A stretch of 64,000 nucleotides of DNA. It comes from an uncultured Chloroflexota bacterium (lineage in GTDB: Bacteria; Chloroflexota; Dehalococcoidia; GIF9; AB-539-J10). The stretch is taken from positions 98,086 through 162,085 of the forward strand of contig CAISEW010000041.1 in NCBI GenBank assembly GCA_903884455.1, given 5' to 3'. Below the pieces are notes generated by a model, which was not told where the DNA came from, did no database searches, and saw nothing but the letters and a program-made list of their open reading frames with translations. This document shows, in pieces, positions 27,313 to 41,747 of this stretch; position 1 is the stretch's first letter; each line of letters starts with the position of its first letter. The translations under genes and the position numbers were made by a program.

Positions 27313-29004
27313 GTGAAATTGAATCAACGGGCTCGATGGAAAATTCTACCTCCAGTGCCAGACGAATACTTAAATGCTTCTGCCCTTCCTCCTCTAGTTG
27401 CTCAGCTTCTCTACAATCGTGGTGTTAAGCTAGAAGACATCGACCCTTTTTTGTCTGCTGACCGCAGGCTGGAGGGTAATCCCTTCCTCCTTCCTGACAT
27501 ATCGCAGGCTGTAAGCAGGGTCTACAAGGCCGTGCTTGCCCGGGAAAAGATTGCCGTCTATGGTGATTTTGATGTTGACGGCGTCACAGCCATAGTTATT
27601 CTTGTCGAGGGGCTATCATGGCTTGGTGCTGAAGTTATTCCCTATATTCCTGACCGCGTCAACGAAGGCCACGGATTGAAGATTTCGGCTCTGGAGAAGC
27701 TTCAGGCCCAGGGGGCAAATTTGGTCATCACTGTTGATTGTGGCGTAACTGACCCTACAGTGGTAAAACAGGCTCAAAACATGGGGATAGATATGATTAT
27801 CACCGACCATCACATCCCGTTAGGAAGCCTACCTCGAGCCGTAGCTGTGATTGACCCGAAGCGAAAGGATTCAGTTTATCCCTATCCGGGTCTGGCCGGT
27901 GCCGGCGTTGCCTTCAAGCTTCTGCAAGCGCTATTCCATAAAGATAGCAAGGAGAAATGGCTAACCAGATTGCTGGACTTAGTAGTTTTGGCCACCGTTA
28001 CCGATTTAGTTTCCCTCGTTGGCGAGAATCGTTATCTGGTGAAGGAAGGGCTGAAAGAGCTTAATAATAGCTCCCGCGTGGGAATTCAAGAAATGGTTAA
28101 ATTGGCCGGGCTGAAGCCGGGTGAACTTGATACTGAAGATATCTCCTGGGTACTGGGGCCTCGCCTCAACGCTGCTGGCAGGATGAACAATGCCTCCATC
28201 AGCTACCAGCTACTCACCACCCAGTCATCAGAGGAAGCTCGCCTCTTGGCCCTGGAGCTAGAGGGAAAGAATGTTGAGCGACAAAAATTAACCAGTGAAG
28301 TATTAAGCCGGGCGAGGGAGAAACTAGCCGCCAAACTACACCTGCCGGTGCTTATAGAAGGCGACGAAAGCTATTCCATCGGTGTCATCGGGCTTGTTGC
28401 TGGCAAGCTCGTAGATGAATTTTACAAGCCTGCTATTATCATCAACCTGGGTCCAGAGTTATGTCAAGGTAGCTGTCGCAGCATAGCTGAGTTTGATATT
28501 GCGTCTGCTTTAGAAGAGTGCCATGACTTACTTACTGCCTTTGGTGGCCATCCCTTAGCCGCTGGCTTCACCGTAGCGCGCCGAAATTTGGCTCAGCTAG
28601 AGCAAAGGCTTGTTAACTTAGCTACAGACCAATTAGGTCATCTTGAACTTTGCCCGGAACTAGTGATTGATGCCGAGCTTCCTTTAACTGTTCTTGCTGG
28701 AGACACCTTTAACCTTATCCAGAAATTGAGCCCTTTTGGTCGGGGCAACCCACAGCCGACCTTTCTCACTCGACAGGTCGAGGTAATCGAGTGTCGTAAC
28801 TTCGGCAACCATGGCGAGTGGCTGAGACTAAAACTCAAACAAGGAAATGTAACCTGGCAAGCTGTAGATTTTGAGTCGCAGAAGAAACGGGCGGAAATTC
28901 CGTCTCACATAGATATTGTGTATAACCTGGAAAAAAGTCACTGGAATGGAGAAGAGGTGCTAAGCCTTAATCTTCTCGATTTTGCTCCGGCTCAGCTTCG
29001 TTAG
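27313..29004 (+). CDS. recJ: single-stranded-DNA-specific exonuclease RecJ
   Basis: DHH motifs (VYGDFDVDGVTA, ITDHH). DHHA1 domain (GGHPLAAG). 563 aa. Confidence 0.85.
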   Translation: MKLNQRARWKILPPVPDEYLNASALPPLVAQLLYNRGVKLEDIDPFLSADRRLEGNPFLLPDISQAVSRVYKAVLAREKIAVYGDFDVDGVTAIVILVEGLSWLGAEVIPYIPDRVNEGHGLKISALEKLQAQGANLVITVDCGVTDPTVVKQAQNMGIDMIITDHHIPLGSLPRAVAVIDPKRKDSVYPYPGLAGAGVAFKLLQALFHKDSKEKWLTRLLDLVVLATVTDLVSLVGENRYLVKEGLKELNNSSRVGIQEMVKLAGLKPGELDTEDISWVLGPRLNAAGRMNNASISYQLLTTQSSEEARLLALELEGKNVERQKLTSEVLSRAREKLAAKLHLPVLIEGDESYSIGVIGLVAGKLVDEFYKPAIIINLGPELCQGSCRSIAEFDIASALEECHDLLTAFGGHPLAAGFTVARRNLAQLEQRLVNLATDQLGHLELCPELVIDAELPLTVLAGDTFNLIQKLSPFGRGNPQPTFLTRQVEVIECRNFGNHGEWLRLKLKQGNVTWQAVDFESQKKRAEIPSHIDIVYNLEKSHWNGEEVLSLNLLDFAPAQLR

Positions 29005-29836
29005 CAAGCTCGGTCACCAAAGCCTGTTTCTGAAATCGGCGCATTCTGATAATAAGCCAGGGCAAAAATACCGCCAATATGGCTAAGTCAAGAACTTGGG
29101 CTTGACGAAGCCCCCAGAGCACTGGTTCGTCAGTACGGAGAAACCTAATGCCAAAATCACCGGCGGCATAAAGGCAAAAGAAAAAGAACAAAAGACTGCC
29201 TGCGGGTTTGAGTTTTCCCCGAAATAGCCACACTATACCGAAAACTGTCAGCCCCCATAATAAGTGATAAATCTGAGTGGGGTAAATCGGCACCCCAAAA
29301 TATTGGCTAGAGAGGTAATACCAATCTTGAAGAGGAGTACCGGGTGGAGGGGGAGCATAAATCACAGCCCCCGGGAAAAAATGAAACGGACTGAGCTGGC
29401 CAGAGCAGCAGCCGTTTAGGGTGCAACCAATCCTGCCTATGGCTAGAGCTAAAGGCGCCCCTACGGCAACGGCATCGCCTATGCTAAGTAGCATGGAAAA
29501 GCGCATTCTCGTCACCCTCATATAGATCAACGCTGCCACAACGATGCCGATAATCATCCCGTTTTGAGCAAGGCCAAGAAAGCCGATAATCTCTCGGGGG
29601 TTCGCTACGAAATGCTCCCAATCATAGATTACATATGCTAGCCGGCCTCCGATAAGGCCGCCAATGATACAACAAAAGAAAAGACTGTAGAGATCACGCG
29701 TGATGCCTAGCCTTTTTGCTTCTCTGGGAATGGTGACTACCAGCATTGCAACCGCTATAGCTATAATAATCCCATACCATCGTACCGTTAGGGGGCCAAT
29801 GGTGAAAGCAACCGGGTTTACGCTGATAGTGAGCAT
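28967..29836 (-). CDS. lgt: prolipoprotein diacylglyceryl transferase
   Basis: Lgt signature. The N-terminus pairs with the Lgt family. GRLAYVIY block. 289 aa membrane protein. Confidence 0.8.
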   Translation of the reverse strand: MLTISVNPVAFTIGPLTVRWYGIIIAIAVAMLVVTIPREAKRLGITRDLYSLFFCCIIGGLIGGRLAYVIYDWEHFVANPREIIGFLGLAQNGMIIGIVVAALIYMRVTRMRFSMLLSIGDAVAVGAPLALAIGRIGCTLNGCCSGQLSPFHFFPGAVIYAPPPPGTPLQDWYYLSSQYFGVPIYPTQIYHLLWGLTVFGIVWLFRGKLKPAGSLLFFFFCLYAAGDFGIRFLRTDEPVLWGLRQAQVLDLAILAVFLPWLIIRMRRFQKQALVTELANEAEPEQNRED

Positions 29837-29854
29837 TTATCTTTCCCTTTCCAT

Positions 29855-30835
29855 TTAAGAGAAAATAGCATTAACAAAGACCTCAGCATCAAAGGGAGCC
29901 ATGTCCTGTAATTTTTCACCAGTACCGATATAAGAGATGGGTATGTTTAACTGATCGCAGATGGCAAATACTATGCCGCCTCTGGCTGTGCCATCCAGCT
30001 TGGCCAGGAAAATATCGGTGACGTCCACAACTTCGGTGAAATGTTTGGCCTGGGCCAGTCCATTTTGACCTGTGGTAGCGTCCATTACCAGCAAAACTTG
30101 ATGAGGAGCTGACGCATCGTGCTTAGCTACCACTCTCTTTATCTTCTTGAGTTCTTCCATGAGATTAAACTTGGTATGAAGGCGACCGGCAGTATCGATA
30201 ATCACTGCTTGAGCATGGCGGCTATAGCCGGCCTGAACGGCATCATAGGCAACTGCTCCGGGGTCGCCGCCGGGTTGATGGGCGATGACTTCGGCACCTA
30301 CTTTCCCTCCCCAGTGTTTAAGCTGCTCAATAGCTGCTGCCCGGAAAGTGTCTGCTGCCGCCAGGATAACTCGCTTTCCTTGCGAAGTGAAACCATAGGC
30401 CAGCTTGGCAATGCTCGTCGTCTTGCCCGAGCCATTCACGCCGACCACAAGTATAATCTGAGGAGATTCTTCCCCTTCACTTCGTTCAGGGTCAGAATGA
30501 CAAGAAGCGGAGGGTCTTGATGAAGAGACGCTTAATAAACTTATCATCTCCTGTTTCAAAGCTTCCTGTATCTGAGATACTTCTGAAAGCCTGTCTGTTT
30601 TCACCCGCTGTTTCACTTTGCTCAGGAGTTTGCTCGTAGTCTCTACACCAACATCAGCCGAGACAAGCAACTCTTCCAATTCCTCCCAGACCTCATCCCC
30701 GAAAGAGCCCCGTTTAAAAATATTAGCTATCTTGCCGAACCAGGTTTCCTTGCTTCTTTTCACTCCCAGTTCAGTTTTTTTAAACAAATCGAACAAGCTG
30801 CCTCCATAATTGAGGGTGCCCCTATATAGTAGCAC
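29855..30835 (-). CDS. ftsY: signal recognition particle receptor FtsY
   Basis: SRP GTPase NG domain: GVNGSGKTTSIAKLA, DTAGR, and a GTGxKL-like box. 326 aa. Confidence 0.85.
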   Translation of the reverse strand: MLLYRGTLNYGGSLFDLFKKTELGVKRSKETWFGKIANIFKRGSFGDEVWEELEELLVSADVGVETTSKLLSKVKQRVKTDRLSEVSQIQEALKQEMISLLSVSSSRPSASCHSDPERSEGEESPQIILVVGVNGSGKTTSIAKLAYGFTSQGKRVILAAADTFRAAAIEQLKHWGGKVGAEVIAHQPGGDPGAVAYDAVQAGYSRHAQAVIIDTAGRLHTKFNLMEELKKIKRVVAKHDASAPHQVLLVMDATTGQNGLAQAKHFTEVVDVTDIFLAKLDGTARGGIVFAICDQLNIPISYIGTGEKLQDMAPFDAEVFVNAIFS

Positions 30836-30873
30836 AAGTATAGACGACTTTTTAGCTGGCGATTTCTCGCCTC

Positions 30874-31533
30874 TTACAGTTCAATTCCGAATATCGGAGC
30901 CAGCACAAGGAAGAGACCAAACGCCATCATCAAAATTGCGGTAATCTTAGGGACCAAGCTCTCATATCTGGTTCTGCTGATAGCATTACTTATGCCTCCC
31001 ATGATTAAACCAAGGGGGATTAGGCCAACGGTAGTGCCCAAACCGAAAACAAAAACGGTAGCCGTGCCACGCCATACATTACCGAGCGATGCCGCCCATA
31101 GCAGCATAGCAAATTCCACTGGGCAGGGTGGCAACCCACGCACTATACCAAAACCCAGGATGGAGTGCCAGTGCAGTAGCTTCGAGTTAACAGGGGCTAC
31201 AGCTTCACCGTGATGATGACCCACATGAGTCAATTCCTTGCCCCTCAGCATAAAAAAGCCGAATATAATGGTAATCGCCCCAGCCGTAATTTCCAGAGGA
31301 GTTCTGACAATATCGAGCCATCTCACGCCGACATAGGAAAGGACAAACCCCATGGCAGTATCCGCCAGAGCCATCCCTAGGCCATACAATACTACCAGGC
31401 CAATAGCTTGAGATAATTTCTTAGCAGCCCAGAAAACGAATAAGGAAACGATTGCCTTATCTTCACAGGGCTCGAGGGTATGTGCTAGGCCCACTACGAA
31501 GGCGGTTGCTAGGCTTAGGTTAGCTAAATCCAT
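30874..31533 (-). CDS. polytopic membrane protein, putative Ni/Co-type metal transporter (HupE/UreJ or DsbD_2-like)
   Basis: Six predicted TM helices. HTLEPCEDK in TM1. A GHHHGE histidine cluster in a loop. Adjacent to fur. Confidence 0.35.
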   Translation of the reverse strand: MDLANLSLATAFVVGLAHTLEPCEDKAIVSLFVFWAAKKLSQAIGLVVLYGLGMALADTAMGFVLSYVGVRWLDIVRTPLEITAGAITIIFGFFMLRGKELTHVGHHHGEAVAPVNSKLLHWHSILGFGIVRGLPPCPVEFAMLLWAASLGNVWRGTATVFVFGLGTTVGLIPLGLIMGGISNAISRTRYESLVPKITAILMMAFGLFLVLAPIFGIEL

Positions 31534-31615
31534 TTCTTGAGAATTGACACGTCCAGCCTATTTTGGTTCCAACACCAGCATCACACTGTCCAAAATTGAC
31601 ATGTTTCAGCAACCT

Positions 31616-32038
31616 CTATTTACGGCAACGAGAACAGAGTCCGGAGAATTCAGAAAGATGATGCTCGGTATAAAAGCCAAGATTCTGGGCAAACTCGTTT
31701 TCCTCTCGACACAATTCTTTGTCAGCAAATTCTTGGATGGTTCCACACTGCTGGCAGACCATAAAACGATGGCAACCTTCTATAGCATTCAAGCTACACT
31801 TCACAAATCCGCCGCTGGATAGCATTTTGTGAGTTAGATTAAGGCGGCAAAGCAAAGCGAGTATGCGGTAGATGGTAACGTGGTTTAGATATTTGCCCCT
31901 CGCGCGCAAAACCCCCTGTATATCGTAAGGGGAAAGCGGTTTTCCCATTTCCTCTAGTATCTCAAGCACCAGCTTCCGTGGCTTGGTCGCCTTATATCCC
32001 TGAGCTTGCAAAATGCGAATTGAGTCTCGAATCATGGC
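31616..32038 (-). CDS. fur: Fur-family metal-responsive transcriptional regulator
   Basis: Winged helix (KATKPRKLVLEIL) and a C-terminal HHxHxxC...CxxC metal site. Probable start at the internal Met; the longest ORF runs to 32119. Confidence 0.7.
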   Translation of the reverse strand, partial: AMIRDSIRILQAQGYKATKPRKLVLEILEEMGKPLSPYDIQGVLRARGKYLNHVTIYRILALLCRLNLTHKMLSSGGFVKCSLNAIEGCHRFMVCQQCGTIQEFADKELCREENEFAQNLGFYTEHHLSEFSGLCSRCRK

Positions 32039-32125
32039 AGCATTATATTTGAAGGAAAGGCTAAATGCAACAATATTGCAATTAGCTATTAAGAATAATC
32101 GCGCAGCTATCCTGGTCATTTCCCC

Positions 32126-34414
32126 TCAAGCCACGAGTTCTTCAAGCAATATTATCGCCGCTTCCTTGTCCAGGGGCTGGTTATTGTTGCCACACTTGGG
32201 CGATTGCACGCAGGAAGGGCAGCCGTCAGCGCAGGGACATGCTTCCACGGCTTTCAAAGTAGCGTGCCAGAGCTCGGTTACTATCTCGAATCCCTTCTCA
32301 GCGATGCCAATGCCTCCGGGGTGGGCATCGTAAATAAAAATCTGCGCCTTGCCGGTGTCGGGATGAAAAGGGGTGGAAACGCCGCCAATGTCATTGCGGT
32401 CGCAGAGGGCAAATAAGGGCAGTATGCCAATGGCAGCGTGTTCACAGGCATGCAGACCGCCATGGAAGTCAAGCCCAGCGTCGGCTATTTTGTCAATCGC
32501 CTTCTTAGGCAAATCAAACCACAGGGCCTTGGTGGGAAAGTTTTGTGGTGGCAAATCAAGAGGCTCCTCTTCGATGACCTCTTCGGTGAACTGTTTTTTC
32601 CTCTTAAAGCCCACTACTGTGATAGTAACATCAACATTTCCGAAGTAAACCTTCACACCGTGGCAATCTTTTTCCTTGAGCAGCTTTGTGACCCGAATGT
32701 CATGTATCTCCATAGTCTGGGTATAGTAATTTACAGGCCTCGGTTCTGCCCAGGCAATACGCCGGGCTAAATCAAGTTCCGTGATAAGGTAAGATTCACC
32801 TTGATGGAGATAGATAGCGCCGGGGTGTACCTGGAAAAAGGCGACGCTGGCTTCCACCGTCTCTAGTAAGCAACCCTCCCGACCATCAATGACGGCATAA
32901 TTTTGCCCTGATGTTGCCCTGATATTTATGTCCTGGGCAGGATAAGAGATAGCAGGAGCGGGATGCCATCTCTCTTGGCGTTTTCTTAACCTCCCTTCTT
33001 GTTCCAGCTCAGCTAGCATGGTGCTACTGTCGCCGAAGAATTCTTCATCCTTATCTTCTAGCGGTTTTTCCCAGGCAGCACAGAGGAGGTGAGGCTTCAA
33101 GATATAAGGGTTGCCAGGATTGATTATGGCATTGTCAAAGTTCTTGCTGAAAAAGAAATCGGGATTACGCATCAAGTATTGGTCAAGCGGATTCTGTTGG
33201 GCGATAAGAAAGCTCAGGGAGCTATGGGTGCTTCGTCCGCTACGCCCTGCTTGCTGCCAGGCACTGGCAATGCTTCCGGGGTAGCCTGTAAGCACAGTTG
33301 CATCCAAATCGCCGATATTTATTCCCAGCTCCAGAGCTGTTGTGGCGACCAAACCGAGAAGCTCGCCTTCGAAAAATTGATGTTCAATTCGGCGTCTGTC
33401 TTCGGGAAGGTACCCTGCCCGGTAAGGGCTTATTTTATCCCTCAGGGACGGAGGTAATTGTTCCTGGGTATAAATATAAATGAGTTCGGTAAGTTTACGA
33501 GTGCTGGCAAACACCAGACTACGAATCTCTTTCTGAATAAGCTCTTTGAGAAGGAAGGCTGCTTCACTGTTGGAACTGCGTCGGCTAGTCTTAGCCTCAT
33601 CAATGACAGGCGGATTCCAGAAGGTGAAGTATTTCTCACCATGAGGTGAACCATCTTCAACGATAGCTTCAAAAGGCAAACCGGCGATATTTTGGGCATG
33701 CTCTTGGGGGTTGGCGATGGTGGCTGAGCAGCAAATAAACTGAGGAGCAGAGCCATAAAAAGCGCAAAGCCGCCGCAACCTCCGCAGGACATTAGCTACG
33801 TGGGAACCGAAAACACCGCGGTAAATATGAGTTTCATCTATTACAACATATTTGAGATTGCGAAACAGTTTCGACCACGATTGATGGTTGGGCAAAATGC
33901 CCAAATGGAGCATATCGGGGTTGGTAAGTACCACCCTCGCCTGTTTTCTTATGTTTGCGCGCTCATTCTGTGGTGTATCGCCGTCGAAAGTAGCCATGGC
34001 TCCTGGGGAGAGAAGTCGGGAGAGGTCTTTCGTTTTGCCTAGGATTTGTTTCAGGCTACGTAGCTGGTCCTGAGCCAGGGCTTTCGTGGGGAAGATATAA
34101 AGAGCCCGGCTGTCCTTATCATGTAAAAGCGCATCGAGCGTGGCTAATTGATAGCACAGGGTCTTACCACTGGCACTGGGCGTGGCTATTATCACATTTT
34201 TCCCGGCCAGGATGGCATTCAAAGCTTCTGTCTGGTGGCTATAAAGAGCGGATATGCCCAGGGATTCCAGGCATGCTTGAAGGCTTGGATGGAGAAGGTT
34301 ATCCAGTTTGCCAAAAATAGCGCCTTGATGAGGAATGCGTTCAATATGGATGACCTGCTGGCGATAATCAGTTAGGCTGACAAGGTGGTGGAGAAAAGCC
34401 GAGGCATCCATCAA
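32126..34414 (-). CDS. DEAD/DEAH-box helicase with C-terminal DUF1998 zinc domain (YprA/MrfA-like)
   Basis: Walker A PSASGKT. DExH (VIDETH). Helicase C motifs. C-terminal four-Cys domain (CEHAA...C...CPCADGCPSCV). 762 aa. Confidence 0.7.
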   Translation of the reverse strand: MMDASAFLHHLVSLTDYRQQVIHIERIPHQGAIFGKLDNLLHPSLQACLESLGISALYSHQTEALNAILAGKNVIIATPSASGKTLCYQLATLDALLHDKDSRALYIFPTKALAQDQLRSLKQILGKTKDLSRLLSPGAMATFDGDTPQNERANIRKQARVVLTNPDMLHLGILPNHQSWSKLFRNLKYVVIDETHIYRGVFGSHVANVLRRLRRLCAFYGSAPQFICCSATIANPQEHAQNIAGLPFEAIVEDGSPHGEKYFTFWNPPVIDEAKTSRRSSNSEAAFLLKELIQKEIRSLVFASTRKLTELIYIYTQEQLPPSLRDKISPYRAGYLPEDRRRIEHQFFEGELLGLVATTALELGINIGDLDATVLTGYPGSIASAWQQAGRSGRSTHSSLSFLIAQQNPLDQYLMRNPDFFFSKNFDNAIINPGNPYILKPHLLCAAWEKPLEDKDEEFFGDSSTMLAELEQEGRLRKRQERWHPAPAISYPAQDINIRATSGQNYAVIDGREGCLLETVEASVAFFQVHPGAIYLHQGESYLITELDLARRIAWAEPRPVNYYTQTMEIHDIRVTKLLKEKDCHGVKVYFGNVDVTITVVGFKRKKQFTEEVIEEEPLDLPPQNFPTKALWFDLPKKAIDKIADAGLDFHGGLHACEHAAIGILPLFALCDRNDIGGVSTPFHPDTGKAQIFIYDAHPGGIGIAEKGFEIVTELWHATLKAVEACPCADGCPSCVQSPKCGNNNQPLDKEAAIILLEELVA

Positions 34415-34698
34415 GGAAAGGTTTCTATTTCTGAACTCAATAACTCTACATCGGGGTAGTTCTGGATAACGAACTTTACGACATTGGACAAAGTCTCATC
34501 GGCATGTCTTCTGTGGTTGCTAACACAAGCTACGCCTAAGGTGGCTAATTGCCATAAATCCTGGTTATCCACCTCGGCTACGGAAACATTGAACTTATTT
34601 TGTAGCCGTGTAATGATGGACTTGATTACCTGCCTCTTACCTTTAAGGGAATGGTTCTCAGGGAGGCGAAGCTCAATTTGGCACACACTGACGTGCAT
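34411..34698 (-). CDS. DUF503 (YlxP-like) family protein
   Basis: 95 aa. The stop overlaps the helicase start (ATGA), so the two are likely translationally coupled. Confidence 0.55.
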   Translation of the reverse strand: MHVSVCQIELRLPENHSLKGKRQVIKSIITRLQNKFNVSVAEVDNQDLWQLATLGVACVSNHRRHADETLSNVVKFVIQNYPDVELLSSEIETFP

Positions 34699-34749
34699 TA
34701 TTTGTTCCCTCCTTATTTCTCTCCCTTCAGGGGAGAGCTTAGATGGGAG

Positions 34750-38591
<3,842 letters not shown>

Positions 38592-38775
38592 TTCGTAGCT
38601 TAGTATATTATATTAGCACACAGCTTGGGTCTCAGTGAACTGCATTGTAGCACGATTTCATCCCGCAGAAGAAAGCACGAAAGCTCTAAGCGATTATCGA
38701 ACAATTCGCTCTGATGTTACTTTTTGGTTGCGATGGCTGCAAGGATTAGTAAGATAAGATATACCGCTATTTTGG

Positions 38776-39567
38776 CTAGTACACCTTTTTTCTTATCAGT
38801 TGAGCTATAACTCCGCCGGTAATAAGCACCAGACCAACAATCGTAACGACTACTACGCTTTGATCGGGCACCGTTGTGACTGAAAGTCGTTTTAGCAGTA
38901 TCCCGAGTAATGCCCAATCAACCACAAGGCAATAATAGATATCTTTTCGGGTGAAGAGTATGGATAAGGCAATAGCAATACCAACGATAATCACTGCTAC
39001 TGCCCAGAATTGCTCACCGAGACCCCATGTGTTCCAATTGACATCCACCAGTAGAGCGGTGACATTGGCAATCGTGGCTATGGTAATCCAGCCAAGGTAG
39101 ACGCTGAAAGGAAGATGCACTAGATATTTTTCAGCCTTCGTAGCCTCTGATTTGCCAATATTTAGCCTCAAGTAAATTGCTATCAGGCATCCCAACAGTA
39201 TCAGCATCAGAGCCAGAGATAGGGGGACGATTTTATAATGCCAGGAGAATATCCAGCCGATGTTGGCGATGCAGGAAATAAAGAATAGCAGCCCTATTTT
39301 CTGCACAAAGTCAACCTTCTGCGCGTCTCTTCTAACAGAGGGTATTAATTGATATATGACGAAGATAGCAAGTAATACGTAGATTAGCCCCCAGATTGCA
39401 AAAGTCAGCCCCGCTGGCACAAACAAGTTTGGATATAGGTCGGATAATTCGCCGGTCTTTATGTTATTTAGGGGAAGGATATTGGCCAGCGCATTAACGA
39501 CAACGGTACCAAGAAAGCCCAACAAGTTTAGAATCGACAGGGATAACACTAAACGACTTTTATTCAT
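38776..39567 (-). CDS. TspO/MBR-related polytopic membrane protein
   Basis: The N-terminal region NALANILPLN...YPNLFVPAGLTFAIWGLIY resembles TspO. Extra C-terminal TM helices. 263 aa. Confidence 0.35.
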   Translation of the reverse strand: MNKSRLVLSLSILNLLGFLGTVVVNALANILPLNNIKTGELSDLYPNLFVPAGLTFAIWGLIYVLLAIFVIYQLIPSVRRDAQKVDFVQKIGLLFFISCIANIGWIFSWHYKIVPLSLALMLILLGCLIAIYLRLNIGKSEATKAEKYLVHLPFSVYLGWITIATIANVTALLVDVNWNTWGLGEQFWAVAVIIVGIAIALSILFTRKDIYYCLVVDWALLGILLKRLSVTTVPDQSVVVVTIVGLVLITGGVIAQLIRKKVY

Positions 39568-39569
39568 GA

Positions 39570-40235
39570 TTATCCTCCGCTTGCGCCACCCTGTAAGGAC
39601 TGAGGCTTCAGCTCCTGTCTCAGTAGCAGGTGTAAAAAATGGACTGCTACTACTTCGACCCAGACTAGCGCGTTGAGTATTATAATTCGCTCATACAAAC
39701 CAAACCAACCTCGCTGGTCACCAAAGAGCGCCCCTATTATCAGGCCGAAAGCCAGAATACCAGCAATCAGAGTATAGATAAAGATGCCTTTCCAATTCGG
39801 AGTGCTCTTGAAGCTGGGTGAGAGCAATAAAATAGCGATAGGGAATAACAAGCCAAGTCCATAAGATGCTAGCGTGTGAATTGTTCCATCGATGTGCGGA
39901 GCACCGGGATGGTCCATATGAAAAGTGGCAATCAACATGAGCACGAAGCCACAGAGAGCAAGAAGTACAATGCCGGCATAGAATCCCCGGGCTCTGCGGA
40001 TTTTGAAAAAGAGTCCGGCGACAAAGATCTCCAGCAGCAAGCCCATAGCCAGAAAACAAATCGATTGTAGCCAGCCTACGCGAGTCAACGCCAGACTGCT
40101 GACTGAATCGCGGATTGGGCTGTAACCGGGAGTGGATAACGATGCTGTGAGGTCCCCCACAATCACCACAATAGGTCCCACGATACCGACTAGAGCTGGC
40201 ACACTGTCGATGTTCAAACGTTTAGACATAGACAT
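39570..40235 (-). CDS. DUF998-like hypothetical membrane protein
   Basis: 221 aa with six predicted TM segments. No catalytic motifs recognised. Confidence 0.3.
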   Translation of the reverse strand: MSMSKRLNIDSVPALVGIVGPIVVIVGDLTASLSTPGYSPIRDSVSSLALTRVGWLQSICFLAMGLLLEIFVAGLFFKIRRARGFYAGIVLLALCGFVLMLIATFHMDHPGAPHIDGTIHTLASYGLGLLFPIAILLLSPSFKSTPNWKGIFIYTLIAGILAFGLIIGALFGDQRGWFGLYERIIILNALVWVEVVAVHFLHLLLRQELKPQSLQGGASGG

Positions 40236-40352
40236 TAGCTCCTATGTACTGAGCGTGTTCGCTGTATTTAGTCAGCGACCTTACACATAATATTTCTCTT
40301 TAGTATTATAGCACACATGTTTATGCGAAGCGGCTAGTGATACAGGTGAGAA

Positions 40353-41747
40353 TTATGGGGACTGCAGAGGGAGCCATACCGAAAAGGTGCTTCCCGCCCC
40401 CACCTGGCTTTCCACTTCTATCTTTCCCTTGTGAGCCTCAGCAATATGCCGGCATATTGCCAGACCCAGACCACTGCCTCCCTCGGCGCGCGAGCGAGAT
40501 TTATCAACTCGGTAGAACCGTTCGAAGATGAAAGGTATATCTTCTGCGGGAATGCCGACCCCGGTATCCGTGATGGCGGCGACAGCCATTTGCCCTTCGC
40601 GGCGAAGTGAGACAGAAACAGTCCCCGGAGCGGGGGTATATCTGATGGCATTATCCAAAAGATTCATGAACAGTTCTCTCAGCCGTGCTTCATCACCTTT
40701 CACCACCAGATCCTGCGGCTGACCTAATTGAAAGCTGAGCCCTTTTTCCTGGCAAAGGACCTCTATATCCGTGCCCAGATTAGTGATGAGCTTGCCGAGG
40801 TTGACTTCCGTGAAGTTCCATTGTTCCTTTCCGGCATCGGCACGAGCGAGAGTAAGCAATTGGTCAATGAGGGAGGACATCTGTCTTGATTCCTGGGAAA
40901 TAATCTCTAAAGATTGCCGGTAATCGCTTGATGGTCTTTCTTTCTGGAGTGCCAGCGTGGATTCAGCTTCAATTACCGCCAGGGGAGTACGTAATTCGTG
41001 CGAGGCATCGCTGGTGAATTGCTTCTGGCGCTGGAACGCTTTTTCCAATCGTCCAATCATTTCATTCAGCGTTGCTGCTAACCTCCCCAATTCGTCTTTG
41101 GTGTTCACATTGATCCTTTGACTTAAGTCAGTTTCCTCGATTTCCTGCGCTGTCTGGGCAATCTTGTCTACTGGCTTAAGCGCTCGGCGGGCCAGAAATA
41201 TACCGCCTCCGGCAGCTAATGCCAGAGCTAGCGGGACAGCGATGATGAGGGTGCGTAGCAAGCCAGCCAATGCTTGGTCTATCTGTTTTGTCGAGCGGCC
41301 AATGACCAGTGCAGCTGGCTGGATACCGGGCGGTGGTCCCAGAATGCTAATGTTTATAGGGACAGCCAGGAGACGTAGCCCTTCGCCTTCCTCTGTCTGG
41401 ATAGTAGCAAACAAACTCGTGCCGGCAATGGCTTGCGAAATGAATTCGTGGCTCAGGGTAATATTTGTCCCTCGGGGAGATACCTCCATCAGTTGGTCGC
41501 CGGAGTAAAAGTACAGTATGACGATTTCCCCCAGCTCCTCTTGGAATTCTCCTTGCCTTATGCTTTCCAGAATAGCTGGGATATCATGTAGCTCCGTCGA
41601 ACGTAGTATCAGCGAATCATCCAAACCTCGATAGAGGCTTCGCGAGAGATAGAAATATACGCCGGCACTGAGGGCACTCAATAGAACTGCCAGCACCAAC
41701 AGGTACCAGATGGTAAATCGGAATTTGATGCTATGAATAAAGCTCAT
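40353..41747 (-). CDS. sensor histidine kinase (2 TM, HAMP, HisKA, HATPase_c)
   Basis: H-box SHELRTPL. N, G1 and G2 boxes (DTGVGIP, GSGLGLAI). 464 aa. Start overlaps the RR stop. Confidence 0.85.
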   Translation of the reverse strand: MSFIHSIKFRFTIWYLLVLAVLLSALSAGVYFYLSRSLYRGLDDSLILRSTELHDIPAILESIRQGEFQEELGEIVILYFYSGDQLMEVSPRGTNITLSHEFISQAIAGTSLFATIQTEEGEGLRLLAVPINISILGPPPGIQPAALVIGRSTKQIDQALAGLLRTLIIAVPLALALAAGGGIFLARRALKPVDKIAQTAQEIEETDLSQRINVNTKDELGRLAATLNEMIGRLEKAFQRQKQFTSDASHELRTPLAVIEAESTLALQKERPSSDYRQSLEIISQESRQMSSLIDQLLTLARADAGKEQWNFTEVNLGKLITNLGTDIEVLCQEKGLSFQLGQPQDLVVKGDEARLRELFMNLLDNAIRYTPAPGTVSVSLRREGQMAVAAITDTGVGIPAEDIPFIFERFYRVDKSRSRAEGGSGLGLAICRHIAEAHKGKIEVESQVGAGSTFSVWLPLQSP

